Positions 1 through 8,156 of a stretch of 18,938 bases of DNA are shown piece after piece (positions within the stretch are counted from its first letter, which is position 1; each line of letters starts with the position of its first letter). The stretch is from Nitrospinota bacterium. Lineage in GTDB: Bacteria > Nitrospinota > Nitrospinia > Nitrospinales > VA-1. The DNA lies in the NCBI GenBank assembly GCA_038108555.1, contig JAYNIA010000006.1, positions 76,974 through 95,911 of the forward strand, read 5' to 3'. A program made the translations under genes and the position numbers. The notes beneath the pieces are model-generated. The model saw only the letters and a list, made by a program, of their open reading frames with translations, was not told where the DNA came from and searched no databases.

Positions 1-878
1 TCTTCCGCAGCAGGTTCTTCCTCAACTTCCTCTGCATCTTCAGCGGTTTCTTCCACCTCTTCTTCAGCCAGGTCTTTTTCTTCGTCTGTGGTTTCTTCTT
101 CCATAGTAGATTCGGTTTCCTCTATTACATCTTCTGAGGAAGCGGTGGTCTCTTCTTCGGTGGATTCTGGTTCTTTTGGCTTTTCTTCCTCTTCATCATC
201 GTCATTTAGAATGTCGTCTAATAAGCTATCTAAATCGTCATCATCCTCATCCGTTTCTTCTTCCTCTTCCAGAGTATCAGGAGCTTTATCCTTAGGATCG
301 TCATCCATAGTGTCTAACTCCAGTTCCTCCCCTGAATCGTTCAGAGTTTCGCCAGAGTCCTCTTGAGTTGAGTTGTCTCCATTGATGAGGTCATCGAGCA
401 TATTGTCAAGCTCGGGTTCTTCCTCAGTTTCACTGGCCTCTTCAGATTCTGTCTGAGTGTCACCGCTGATGAGGTCATCGAGCATATTGTCGAGCTCGGG
501 TTCTTCCTCAGTTTCACTGGCCTCTTCAGATTCCGTCTGAGTGTCACCGCTGATGAGGTCATCGAGCATATTGTCGAGCTCGGGTTCTTCCTCAGTTTCA
601 CTGGCCTCTTCAGATTCCGTCTGACTGTCACCGCTGATAAGATCATCGAGCATATTATCGAGCTCGGGTTCTTCTTCAGTTTCACTAGCCTCTTCAGATT
701 CCGGCTGAGTGTCACCGCTGATGAGGTCATCGAGCATATTGTCGAGCTCGGGCTCTTTCTCAGTTTCACTGGCCTCTTCAGATTCCGGCTGGTTATCTCC
801 ACTAATAATGCCATCCAGCATATTATCAAGCTCAGAATCAGAGTTTGATTCGTCTTTATTTTCGCTTTCTTCAGCCAT
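1..878 (-). CDS. Highly acidic, probably disordered repeat protein (N-terminal ~292 aa; C-terminus outside window)
   Basis: Not in the ORF track because it has no stop in the window. ATG at 878-876, with AGGA about 12 nt upstream. Reads MAEESENKDESNSDSELDNMLDGIISGDNQPESEEASETEKEPELDNMLDDLISGDTQ...DDDDLDSLLDDILNDDDEEEKPKEPESTEEE...EEPAAE, open to the edge. Differences between repeat units are mostly synonymous in this frame. Confidence 0.9.
   Translation of the reverse strand, partial: MAEESENKDESNSDSELDNMLDGIISGDNQPESEEASETEKEPELDNMLDDLISGDTQPESEEASETEEEPELDNMLDDLISGDSQTESEEASETEEEPELDNMLDDLISGDTQTESEEASETEEEPELDNMLDDLISGDTQTESEEASETEEEPELDNMLDDLINGDNSTQEDSGETLNDSGEELELDTMDDDPKDKAPDTLEEEEETDEDDDDLDSLLDDILNDDDEEEEKPKEPESTEEETTASSEDVIEETESTMEEETTDEEKDLAEEEVEETAEDAEEVEEEPAAE
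376..834 (-). repeat. 84-bp coding tandem repeat, 5 full units plus a partial one (28-aa unit ELDNMLDDLISGDTQTESEEASETEEEP)
   Basis: The (g/c)agcatatt anchor recurs at 396, 480, 564, 648, 732 and 816, an exact 84-nt period. Units at 396, 564 and 648 differ from the unit at 480 by only 2-4 nt. Confidence 0.97.
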
Positions 879-1030
879 TTTTTACGCTTTTCCTGCTGGG
901 ATTTTAGACCCCAGAAGACCAGATAATCTTTTAAAAATCAATGAGTTATGGAATAAATTATATTTATTTTTCCGAATAAAGTAAATCGTTAATGCTATTT
1001 TTTTCAATATTTTGTTCAAAACAAGCTAAA

Positions 1031-1060
1031 TTGACAAGCCAACTACAGTTTTAATATAAT
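1031..1060 (+). promoter_or_regulatory. Sigma70-type promoter for the transglycosylase cluster
   Basis: Perfect TTGACA (1031-1036), 18-bp spacer, perfect TATAAT (1055-1060), with AT-rich sequence upstream. Confidence 0.75.
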
Positions 1061-1207
1061 GGTCTTGGTTTTAACTTCCAAGGCTCCTTAATACTATTTC
1101 TTACCTTAAGGAGTGCCAGGCTCAATTATCCGGGCTCGCTCAAAACCTATAAAGCCTTTTAAAAAAAGACATTAAAGGTTTACCGGCAATTAAACCGATA
1201 AGAAATA

Positions 1208-1879
1208 ATGATGTTAAATAAAACAACTAAAAATTTGATTCCGGTGCTATTAATTTTAGCATTTACTGGATTCTTTACGGGTAAAACACCCCATTACGTT
1301 AGTGGTTTGTCACCATTCTTTTCAGACTTGGCTCGGGTGGAAACCGTTGTTTTTAGTAATGCAAAGGCTGCCCGACTGGAGCAGGAACAGGATTACGAAG
1401 ATCAGGTCAGAAATCGAATTGAAAAGGTGATTTCCCAGTATTATACCGGATTGGATGAGAAAAATGATGTCCGCATACCGGAGTGGATATTGGGAGAAAG
1501 TAAAAAATACGGGTATGATCCACTTTTTTTAACGGCATTAATCATAACGGAAAGCTCTTTTTATAATTGGGCGAAGTCAAATAGGGGAGCCCGTGGGTTG
1601 ATGCAATTAAAACCCGCTACAGCGGTGGCACTGGCATCAGAAACACGCTTGAAATGGAGAGGAACCCGGACCCTTTTTGATCCAGAAAAGAATATTGCTT
1701 TGGGAGCCTACTACCTGAACAAACTTGTGGATCGCTTTGGAGATTTGGCACTGGCACTTGAGGCTTATAATCATGGGCCTTCACGTTTAAGCAGGTATCT
1801 CCGGAAGGGTTACCAACCCAATCGCTACTCCAAAAAAGTATTGAAAAATTACCAAAAAATACGTTTCCAGCCGATTTAA
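1208..1879 (+). CDS. Lytic transglycosylase (SLT domain) with N-terminal signal/anchor
   Basis: SLT motifs IITESS (catalytic Glu), GARGLMQL and ALEAYNHG; hydrophobic N-terminus LIPVLLILAFTGFF. Confidence 0.93.
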   Translation: MMLNKTTKNLIPVLLILAFTGFFTGKTPHYVSGLSPFFSDLARVETVVFSNAKAARLEQEQDYEDQVRNRIEKVISQYYTGLDEKNDVRIPEWILGESKKYGYDPLFLTALIITESSFYNWAKSNRGARGLMQLKPATAVALASETRLKWRGTRTLFDPEKNIALGAYYLNKLVDRFGDLALALEAYNHGPSRLSRYLRKGYQPNRYSKKVLKNYQKIRFQPI

Positions 1880-1928
1880 GCGGGTCATTCATCTGTAATG
1901 CTTTGGAAAGGTACCTGTAAATCAGGAA

Positions 1929-2360
1929 GTGGAAATGGAGAATTATCTAAAAGCCTTTTTCTTTCTATATAGATCAAAGTGTGGCAGCCTGCTCCTTTTG
2001 GGTTTGTTGGCAATTTTGACAGGATGCACCAATCTGGAAGTAGAAAAAGCTTTCAAAGGAGATTTACGCCCCGGAAAAGCCAATAAGGTGATTGGTGACT
2101 ATTGTCAAAGCTGCCATATTCATAAAGACTTTGACCCTCCTCTTCATGTGTCGAACGTGCGAACCCTTTATAAAGGGGTGATTTTCAGAAAGGCTCGAGA
2201 ATGTAGGTCCTGCCATTATATAGAGAAGGACTGGATGCACAATCAACACGAAAGAAAAACCCGAATGCCGAAAGATGCCAACCGGGGAATGTTTAAAAAG
2301 TTTGAGAAAAAAGAAATGAGTCGGTTAAGGAAGGGAAAACCCTCAACTTCCTGGTTCTGA
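1929..2360 (+). CDS. Small diheme c-type cytochrome, probable lipoprotein
   Basis: Two CxxCH motifs (CQSCH 2103-2117, CRSCH 2202-2216); lipobox-like LLAILTG-C; basic C-terminus. Start is GTG 1929 or ATG 1935. Confidence 0.85.
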   Translation: MEMENYLKAFFFLYRSKCGSLLLLGLLAILTGCTNLEVEKAFKGDLRPGKANKVIGDYCQSCHIHKDFDPPLHVSNVRTLYKGVIFRKARECRSCHYIEKDWMHNQHERKTRMPKDANRGMFKKFEKKEMSRLRKGKPSTSWF

Positions 2361-2496
2361 TTCTTTGTTTCCCCTCCCACACCCTCCATTGTAATTTTAA
2401 AACCTATTTTGAATATTCACCCTGTCGCATTAATATGTAAATGGCTGTTTACGCCAATTAGAAAACTACTGTAAGAACATTCTGGGTTTTTTATGA

Positions 2497-4554
2497 ATGT
2501 TTTCAACTTCTTTCAAAAATATGGTTTTGGGAAAATTTAAAACCAAGGGGTTTTGGGGTGTTGTTTTAGGGGTTTTCCTGACGGCTTCTCCTGCTTCGGC
2601 TTTTTTCCTTGGAAATATTGAGGTAAAGAGCAAGTTTGGAGAAAGTTTCGAAGCGACCTTCGAAATTCATTTGGATAACAAAGAAGGATACGAGGTGGCT
2701 CTGGCTGATGCAGAGACCTATCAAAAGCTGGGCCTGGTTCGACCCTCTCTCGTAAACTCTTTGGCTTTAGAAAAACCCATAGAATCTCCAGAGATGAAGA
2801 AAATCATCCGTGTCTATTCCAAGACACCCCTGTTTTTCCCTTCTTTTAATTTGGTAGTAGAGGCAAAACATAACGGAGGAGTTCTCCTTGAAAATTTTCT
2901 GGTAACGGTGGATTTTCAACAAGGTTTGGCACTCAATGCCGTTGGCAAGAAAAAAAACAAAATAGAAGAGCCCCCTGAAAAACCGGAGGTGGCAAAAAAT
3001 GAGAACCCACTTGAAGAAAGAAGTCTTCCTGAACAAGAGGTTGAAAGGTCCCCTCAAAAATCCGAGCCGGTAGCCACCGTTCCTGCACCCAAGCAGGGTA
3101 AAAATGAAGCAGAGCCTAAAATAGAAACAACAATGCCTGAATCCCAGCCGGTAGAAACAACCCAAGTTGAAAACCAGGCAATTAAACCGACACCCATCAT
3201 TAACCGGTTGCAAAGCCGCCGGAGACTTTCCGGTGCTATCTGGGCCACCCCTAAAAAGGTACTGCCGATTGGCCCAATTAAGTCTGAAAATAAAATTACC
3301 CCCCCTTCAGAAAATGCTCCGGAAAAAAGTATCGAGCCTGAACAGAAGTCGGTGGTTATAAAATCGGGGGACTTTATCCAATTGAGAAGAGGGGAGGGGT
3401 TGTTTTCCGTGGCCCGAAAATTGAAAATCGAGGAAATCCACCCTTCCCGCATTGCGGTTGCTCTTTGGATGAAAAATATTGATAAGTTTATTTATGGGAA
3501 CATCCATGGAATTGAGGCGGGGACAAGGCTGGAAAAAGAAGGGGTGGAAAAACTGGCCAAAAAAATTGACCTGCAAACGGCTAAAAATGTTCTAAAAAAC
3601 CAGGCTAAGGAATGGAAACTAACCAGACAAAAAACAAAAAAAGATGAAGAGGGCTCGCCGGGTGTTTTGGAAGTTCCCTTGCCGGTTGAAAGGTTGGATC
3701 AATCGGCTTCCATTTTCGACTGGTTAAGGGATTGGAAATCTTCCTGGGAAGAAAATGATTTTGAAAAACATATTTCATTTTATATAGAAAACTCCCATCA
3801 GAATTCTGATGATAAAAATCTTGTCCGGGAAAGGAAAAAGAAACTTTTTGAGAATTATCCCAAACCCGGGTTGAATTTGTCTCCACCCAACCTGATTTTA
3901 AAATCAGGGAGTTCCTGGGTTGTTTTCCAGCAACAGTTTTTTTCTAAATCATTAGAGAGTTCTGGGACTAAAGAGGTGGAGGTTGTTTGGGATAAGAACC
4001 GATGGAAAATTGGTGAAGAAAAATTTTATGCAGAACAACATATCGATTCAAAATCTTTCAGCGGGGGAGATGAAAAAACAGGAAACAGCTACCCCTTTCT
4101 CATTCATGTATCCAGCCACTCCAGGGAAAGTGAGGCGTTTTCTATTTCTAACAAATTGCGGGAATCCGGATACGATGCCTACACCGCACCGGTAAGAATT
4201 TCCCGGGGATATAAAATCTTCAGGGTTTATGTCGGTCGGTTCGCGACATGGGATCAGGCCCGGCGGTTGATCAAGTCTCTTAAAGGAAATGGGCTGGGGG
4301 GACATGCAACGGTAGTGCCCTATCCTTATGCGTTGCAGGTGGGGCAGGTGAAATCCATGATAGAAGCAAGGCAACTTTTAGAGAAGTTAAGGCAGAAAAG
4401 AATATCCGGATTTTTGACCCTCTCAGGGAGTGATTCGGCTGAAACGGTGCAGATCAGAGTGCTTGTTGGGGCCTTTAAAAAGCCTGGAAACGCGGTTTGG
4501 ATGATTCAGAAGCTTAAGTCGGAAGGACTTGATTTCATCCAAGTAAACCCGTGA
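2497..4554 (+). CDS. Secreted FimV-like N-domain / LysM-like FimV core / NTF2-like / tandem SPOR-domain protein
   Basis: Signal peptide ...ASPASA|FFLGNIEVKSKFGE resembles the FimV N-terminus. Then a P/E/K linker; GEGLFSVARKL...IAVALWMKNIDKFIYGNIHGIEAGTRL resembling the FimV LysM-like core; WKSSWEENDFEKHISFY resembling the NTF2-like domain; and two SPOR-like repeats (IHVSSHS...FRVYVGRF; LQVGQVK...IRVLVGAF). Domain calls are by eye. Confidence 0.8.
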   Translation: MFSTSFKNMVLGKFKTKGFWGVVLGVFLTASPASAFFLGNIEVKSKFGESFEATFEIHLDNKEGYEVALADAETYQKLGLVRPSLVNSLALEKPIESPEMKKIIRVYSKTPLFFPSFNLVVEAKHNGGVLLENFLVTVDFQQGLALNAVGKKKNKIEEPPEKPEVAKNENPLEERSLPEQEVERSPQKSEPVATVPAPKQGKNEAEPKIETTMPESQPVETTQVENQAIKPTPIINRLQSRRRLSGAIWATPKKVLPIGPIKSENKITPPSENAPEKSIEPEQKSVVIKSGDFIQLRRGEGLFSVARKLKIEEIHPSRIAVALWMKNIDKFIYGNIHGIEAGTRLEKEGVEKLAKKIDLQTAKNVLKNQAKEWKLTRQKTKKDEEGSPGVLEVPLPVERLDQSASIFDWLRDWKSSWEENDFEKHISFYIENSHQNSDDKNLVRERKKKLFENYPKPGLNLSPPNLILKSGSSWVVFQQQFFSKSLESSGTKEVEVVWDKNRWKIGEEKFYAEQHIDSKSFSGGDEKTGNSYPFLIHVSSHSRESEAFSISNKLRESGYDAYTAPVRISRGYKIFRVYVGRFATWDQARRLIKSLKGNGLGGHATVVPYPYALQVGQVKSMIEARQLLEKLRQKRISGFLTLSGSDSAETVQIRVLVGAFKKPGNAVWMIQKLKSEGLDFIQVNP

Positions 4555-4579
4555 GGTTTGGAGGACAGAAATCAGGCAT

Positions 4580-4613
4580 AAAAAAACCGCCCACCTAAGG
4601 TGGGCGGTTTTTT
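4580..4613. terminator. Bidirectional rho-independent terminator
   Basis: AAAAAAA-CCGCCCACC-TAA-GGTGGGCGG-TTTTTT between convergent genes. Confidence 0.93.
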
Positions 4614-4625
4614 ATTTCGAAAAAA

Positions 4626-4904
4626 CTATAAAGAGCCTTTCAAAGTAGGAGCCGGTTTAAAGCCAACGGTTTTGCTGGCCTTAATTTTAATTTCTTCACC
4701 AGTTTGTGGATTTCGGCCTTTTCTTGCCTTTCGGGATCTTACGGTAAAGGTTCCAAAGCTAGGGTAGGCAAATCTCTTTTCTTTTTTGATGGCTTTTGAA
4801 ATATTTTCAAAAGCAGCATCGATTACGTCTCCTGCCAATCTTTTTGTGAGATTGTCGTCTTTACAACTTTTGATTACTGCATTAATGAGTTCGTCTTTAG
4901 TCAA
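4626..4904 (-). CDS. hup: DNA-binding protein HU (92 aa)
   Basis: TKDELINAV...FGTFTVRSRKARKGRNPQTGEEIKIKASKTVGFKPAPTLK is the HU/IHF signature. Probable start is TTG at 4904 behind GAGGAGGGG, not the track's 4988. Confidence 0.95.
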   Translation of the reverse strand: MTKDELINAVIKSCKDDNLTKRLAGDVIDAAFENISKAIKKEKRFAYPSFGTFTVRSRKARKGRNPQTGEEIKIKASKTVGFKPAPTLKGSL

Positions 4905-4944
4905 GGTTTCCCCCTCCTCATGTAAAAGGATTATCGGCTGGTGC

Positions 4945-4972
4945 ATTATAAGAAACCAACTAAAAAAGTCAA
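4945..4972 (-). promoter_or_regulatory. Sigma70-type promoter of hup
   Basis: Minus strand TTGACT (4972-4967), 16 bp, TATAAT (4950-4945). Confidence 0.6.
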
Positions 4973-5178
4973 ACAAAAAAACGAACAAAAAAAACGTCCT
5001 GCCTATCTTTTAAGAAGTCGTGGCGGGGGATATCGACTCCCCATGTTTGAATGTGATAAAATAAAATTTAAAAATTAAGGGCTTCGCTGAGCTAAAATTT
5101 GATCCCCAAAAAAGAATAATTGATGAAATTTTTTTTAAGATTGCGATGCTTTTTTAAGCAGGTTGGTGAGGAGGAAAA

Positions 5179-5736
5179 ATGGCTTTATTGAAAATTGCCA
5201 AGCTGGGAAACCCTGTTTTAAGGCAAGTGGCCCAGCCGGTAGATTTGAACGATTTGGTCAATCCCGAAAGTGGTTTACAAACTTTTATCGATGATATGGT
5301 GGATACCATGCATCACGAGGGCGGTGTGGGGTTGGCGGCACCACAAGTCAATCGGTCAATACAGATTGTGGTTCTTGAGTACGCTGAGAATGAAAGATAT
5401 CCCGGTGAGCTTTCTATTCCCCTGACTGTTTTGGTAAACCCCATACTTTCAGATTACAGTGAGGAGAAAAAAGAAGGTTGGGAAAGTTGCCTGAGCCTTG
5501 TAGATTTTAGGGGACTGGTCCCCCGATCCACAACAGTTACCCTAAATGCCTATGACCGGCAGGGTCATAAAATCCAAAAAACAGTATCTGGCTTTGAAGC
5601 CGTGGTGTTGCAACATGAGATTGACCACCTGAAAGGGTTTGTTTTTCTGGATCGTATGAAGGATTTTACAAAGTTGTCCTATCAGGAAGAATTTGAAAAG
5701 TTCTGGGTACAAAAAGAAAATTCAACTTCTTCATGA
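5179..5736 (+). CDS. def: Peptide deformylase
   Basis: Motifs GVGLAAPQ, ESCLS (normally EGCLS) and QHEIDHL; RBS GAGGAGG. Confidence 0.95.
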   Translation: MALLKIAKLGNPVLRQVAQPVDLNDLVNPESGLQTFIDDMVDTMHHEGGVGLAAPQVNRSIQIVVLEYAENERYPGELSIPLTVLVNPILSDYSEEKKEGWESCLSLVDFRGLVPRSTTVTLNAYDRQGHKIQKTVSGFEAVVLQHEIDHLKGFVFLDRMKDFTKLSYQEEFEKFWVQKENSTSS

Positions 5737-5761
5737 AATAAAAATTTCCAGGGAAAACCAG

Positions 5762-6094
5762 ATGGAAGAAGAAATCCTGTATCTTTATCAAGAACCGGGA
5801 ATCGGCGCATCCTATACCAATACCTATGGTGAAGAAAATATTCAAAACCTTTTAAAAAAATACCATAGCCTGGATGAGGTGGGAATGCAGAAGATGATGG
5901 AAATGGTTTTGAACTTTTCCCAATCCACTGACCTTGCAACCTCCTTTGTGTCGGTCGGTGTTTTACATGCCCTGGGACAGGAGGAGGGCGTTGCTAAGGC
6001 TTATCAGTGGGCAAAAACTCAGGATGATGCGCAAAGGATAATTAGCCATTTTGAGATTGGCAAATCTGTGGCAGACTATTTTTCTTCGGGTTGA
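5762..6094 (+). CDS. Hypothetical protein (~110 aa)
   Basis: Likely start ATG 5762 (MEEEILYLYQEPGIG...) just after def; ordinary globular composition; no family recognised. Confidence 0.7.
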   Translation: MEEEILYLYQEPGIGASYTNTYGEENIQNLLKKYHSLDEVGMQKMMEMVLNFSQSTDLATSFVSVGVLHALGQEEGVAKAYQWAKTQDDAQRIISHFEIGKSVADYFSSG

Positions 6095-7428
6095 AGCTGG
6101 TTTTCCATCTTCCCTTCGCCAGCGATGGGTACGGGGTTGAACCCACTGGGGTCAATGGGGCAAACGGACCCCACACACTCCCCCTGTTGTAGTTTTTTTT
6201 GTAAAAATGTTAGAAACCCTGTCCATAATAAACCTGGCAGGATCACCAAACCTGCCATCCAAAATGCGACCTGATTCGATGTGAAACCCCACTGGTCCAC
6301 GGCAAAACCAACGCCCCAATTACTGATTCCCATTACCAGAGTCATGATGGCAAGTTCAAAGCTAAAGACTCTGCCCAGGTAATGGTCCGGGGTAGACAAA
6401 TGGATTAAGGAAGAACTGAATACCCAGATAATCGATCCAAAAAAAGTTGCGGCAGCCACCCCAAAAGATAAAGTCGACAAGTTTTGGGTGCCAGAAATAA
6501 ATAAATAGGAAGCGGCTTTCAGAAAAAATGCTCCGGCAATTGCCCATTGTAAAACCGTTGCGGTTTCGCCAAAAAACCTTTTCACGAGCAAGGGCCCCAT
6601 TGCGGCACCCAGTCCCCGTGCAGAATACAAGACCCCAATTCCCAACGACAACATGGCAGGTTTGGAAATAACCTGGCTGGCCATCAAAGGGATGAGAGTC
6701 ATGATTCCCCCGGCCACAGCCAACCCTGATTTGATTAAGCTTAAGACCAGCACCACAGGCTCTTTTATAAGAAAACGCAATGCATCGGCCAGATCCTGAA
6801 AACCATTTTTCTTTTGGGGGCCCTCAGAGGGTTTGTCGATGTATGAAACTTTAGAAATGAACCAGGCGGAAACCAAAAAGGTGCAGGCATCGACTATAAA
6901 AGCTACGCGTATTCCAAAAAGGCTCACCACGACTCCTCCCAGGGCAGCTCCAAAGGCCAACATGACGGACCAGGTGGATCCGCTGATGGCATTTGCAGTT
7001 ACCAGATGTTCTTTTGGAACCAAGGAGGGAATGATGGCACTTCTTGCAGGTTCAAAAAATCCCGATAAAGAAATTTCGATAATAACGAGGGCGTAAATAA
7101 ACCACAAGATACTTTGGTCTTCGACGAGAAGAAATCCCAGTACAACTACGAACCGCAATAAATCACTGACGATCATTACAGTTTTCCGGTTGACTCGATC
7201 TACGACCACCCCGGCAATGGGGCTGATCAGGACTACAGGGAGAAGTTTTGCCATCATTGCTCCGGCCATGGCCATTCCAGAATCGCTGAGCCGGAGGATC
7301 AATGCATAAATGGCAATGCTGTTTAGCCAGTCCCCCAACTCAGATACCACTTGCCCGAACCAAAGGTTCCGGAAGGATTCATTTTGTCGCAATAGTTGGA
7401 TGTATCCGATAGTACTTTTGCTTTGCAT
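6076..7428 (-). CDS. MFS transporter (macrolide-efflux/DHA3-like)
   Basis: FRNLWFGQVVSELGDW N-terminus; motif A GVVVDRVNRK; FFEPARSAIIPSLVP; about 12 hydrophobic segments. Start probably ATG 7428 (AGGAAGGA RBS); the track gives 7452. Confidence 0.92.
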   Translation of the reverse strand: MQSKSTIGYIQLLRQNESFRNLWFGQVVSELGDWLNSIAIYALILRLSDSGMAMAGAMMAKLLPVVLISPIAGVVVDRVNRKTVMIVSDLLRFVVVLGFLLVEDQSILWFIYALVIIEISLSGFFEPARSAIIPSLVPKEHLVTANAISGSTWSVMLAFGAALGGVVVSLFGIRVAFIVDACTFLVSAWFISKVSYIDKPSEGPQKKNGFQDLADALRFLIKEPVVLVLSLIKSGLAVAGGIMTLIPLMASQVISKPAMLSLGIGVLYSARGLGAAMGPLLVKRFFGETATVLQWAIAGAFFLKAASYLFISGTQNLSTLSFGVAAATFFGSIIWVFSSSLIHLSTPDHYLGRVFSFELAIMTLVMGISNWGVGFAVDQWGFTSNQVAFWMAGLVILPGLLWTGFLTFLQKKLQQGECVGSVCPIDPSGFNPVPIAGEGKMENQLQPEEK

Positions 7429-7562
7429 TGAATCCTTCCTATGCATTTTCAAGAGGGAAAAAGAACGTTCAGGTCATACTAATCAGGGAATCATAAATCT
7501 GCAACTGGAATTCATTTAATGGGTCTGGTATGTTTATAGGGTCAATTTAAATCAGGTAAAAA

Positions 7563-8087
7563 ATGGAAGATATTGAACCGATCACTCAGGAAATTGAGGA
7601 CAAAAAAGAAAAATGGATCAGCCGTATTTCTTTATGGGTATCTATTGTCCTGACCACTTTGGTGGTTTATATATATTACAAAGATAATCCACCCGATTCT
7701 CCTGCCGTGGTTAAGATGCGGGTTTTCTTTAAGGAGAATAACCGGGATATAATGAAGTTTATAGAACTCCCGCGTAACGAAATGATCGAGTTTGCTTATA
7801 AAAAAAAGCATCCTTTTTACTTGAAATATGTGCAGGCCTCAGAGGTTGAAAAAGCCGATTTACGTGCCCTGATCCATATATCTACCGACTACACCCCCAA
7901 TCAATACTGGTTCAATCTGTTTTTTGCCTGGGTTATATTTTTTACAACGTTTTGGTTTTTGGGGCTTATGGCGGAAGCTTGCATTGTCCTGATGCGCCGC
8001 AACTCGGAAGCTAGAATAAAAAAATATAAACTGGAAAAGGAGCAGGCCGAATTGGAAAATCAATCAAAAAACCAATCTTCGCAATAA
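7563..8087 (+). CDS. Hypothetical membrane protein with two TM helices
   Basis: Hydrophobic segments ISLWVSIVLTTLVVYIYY and WFNLFFAWVIFFTTFWFLGLMAEACIVL; charged C-terminal tail. Confidence 0.8.
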   Translation: MEDIEPITQEIEDKKEKWISRISLWVSIVLTTLVVYIYYKDNPPDSPAVVKMRVFFKENNRDIMKFIELPRNEMIEFAYKKKHPFYLKYVQASEVEKADLRALIHISTDYTPNQYWFNLFFAWVIFFTTFWFLGLMAEACIVLMRRNSEARIKKYKLEKEQAELENQSKNQSSQ

Positions 8088-8156
8088 AATTCGTACCCCG
8101 ATTTATTTTTGTGTTTATACTTTTATATATAAACGGAAATTTTTTGGAAGTACGCT

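Noticed and set aside
376..834. Possible CRISPR array
   Set aside because: Whole 84-bp units are near-identical with no unique spacers, the period is a multiple of 3 inside an ORF, and there are no cas genes.
88..984. Track ORFs 88-366 (+), 341-829 (-) and 709-984 (+)
   Set aside because: Antisense or off-frame shadows of the acidic gene; repeat differences are synonymous in the frame starting at 878.
1173..1201. Sigma28-like promoter TAAA...ACCGATAA before the SLT gene
   Set aside because: Spacing is 17 nt rather than about 15, the -10 is imperfect, and a perfect sigma70 promoter lies upstream.
4931..4938. GCCGATAA (sigma28 -10) upstream of hup
   Set aside because: No TAAA -35 element at the right distance.
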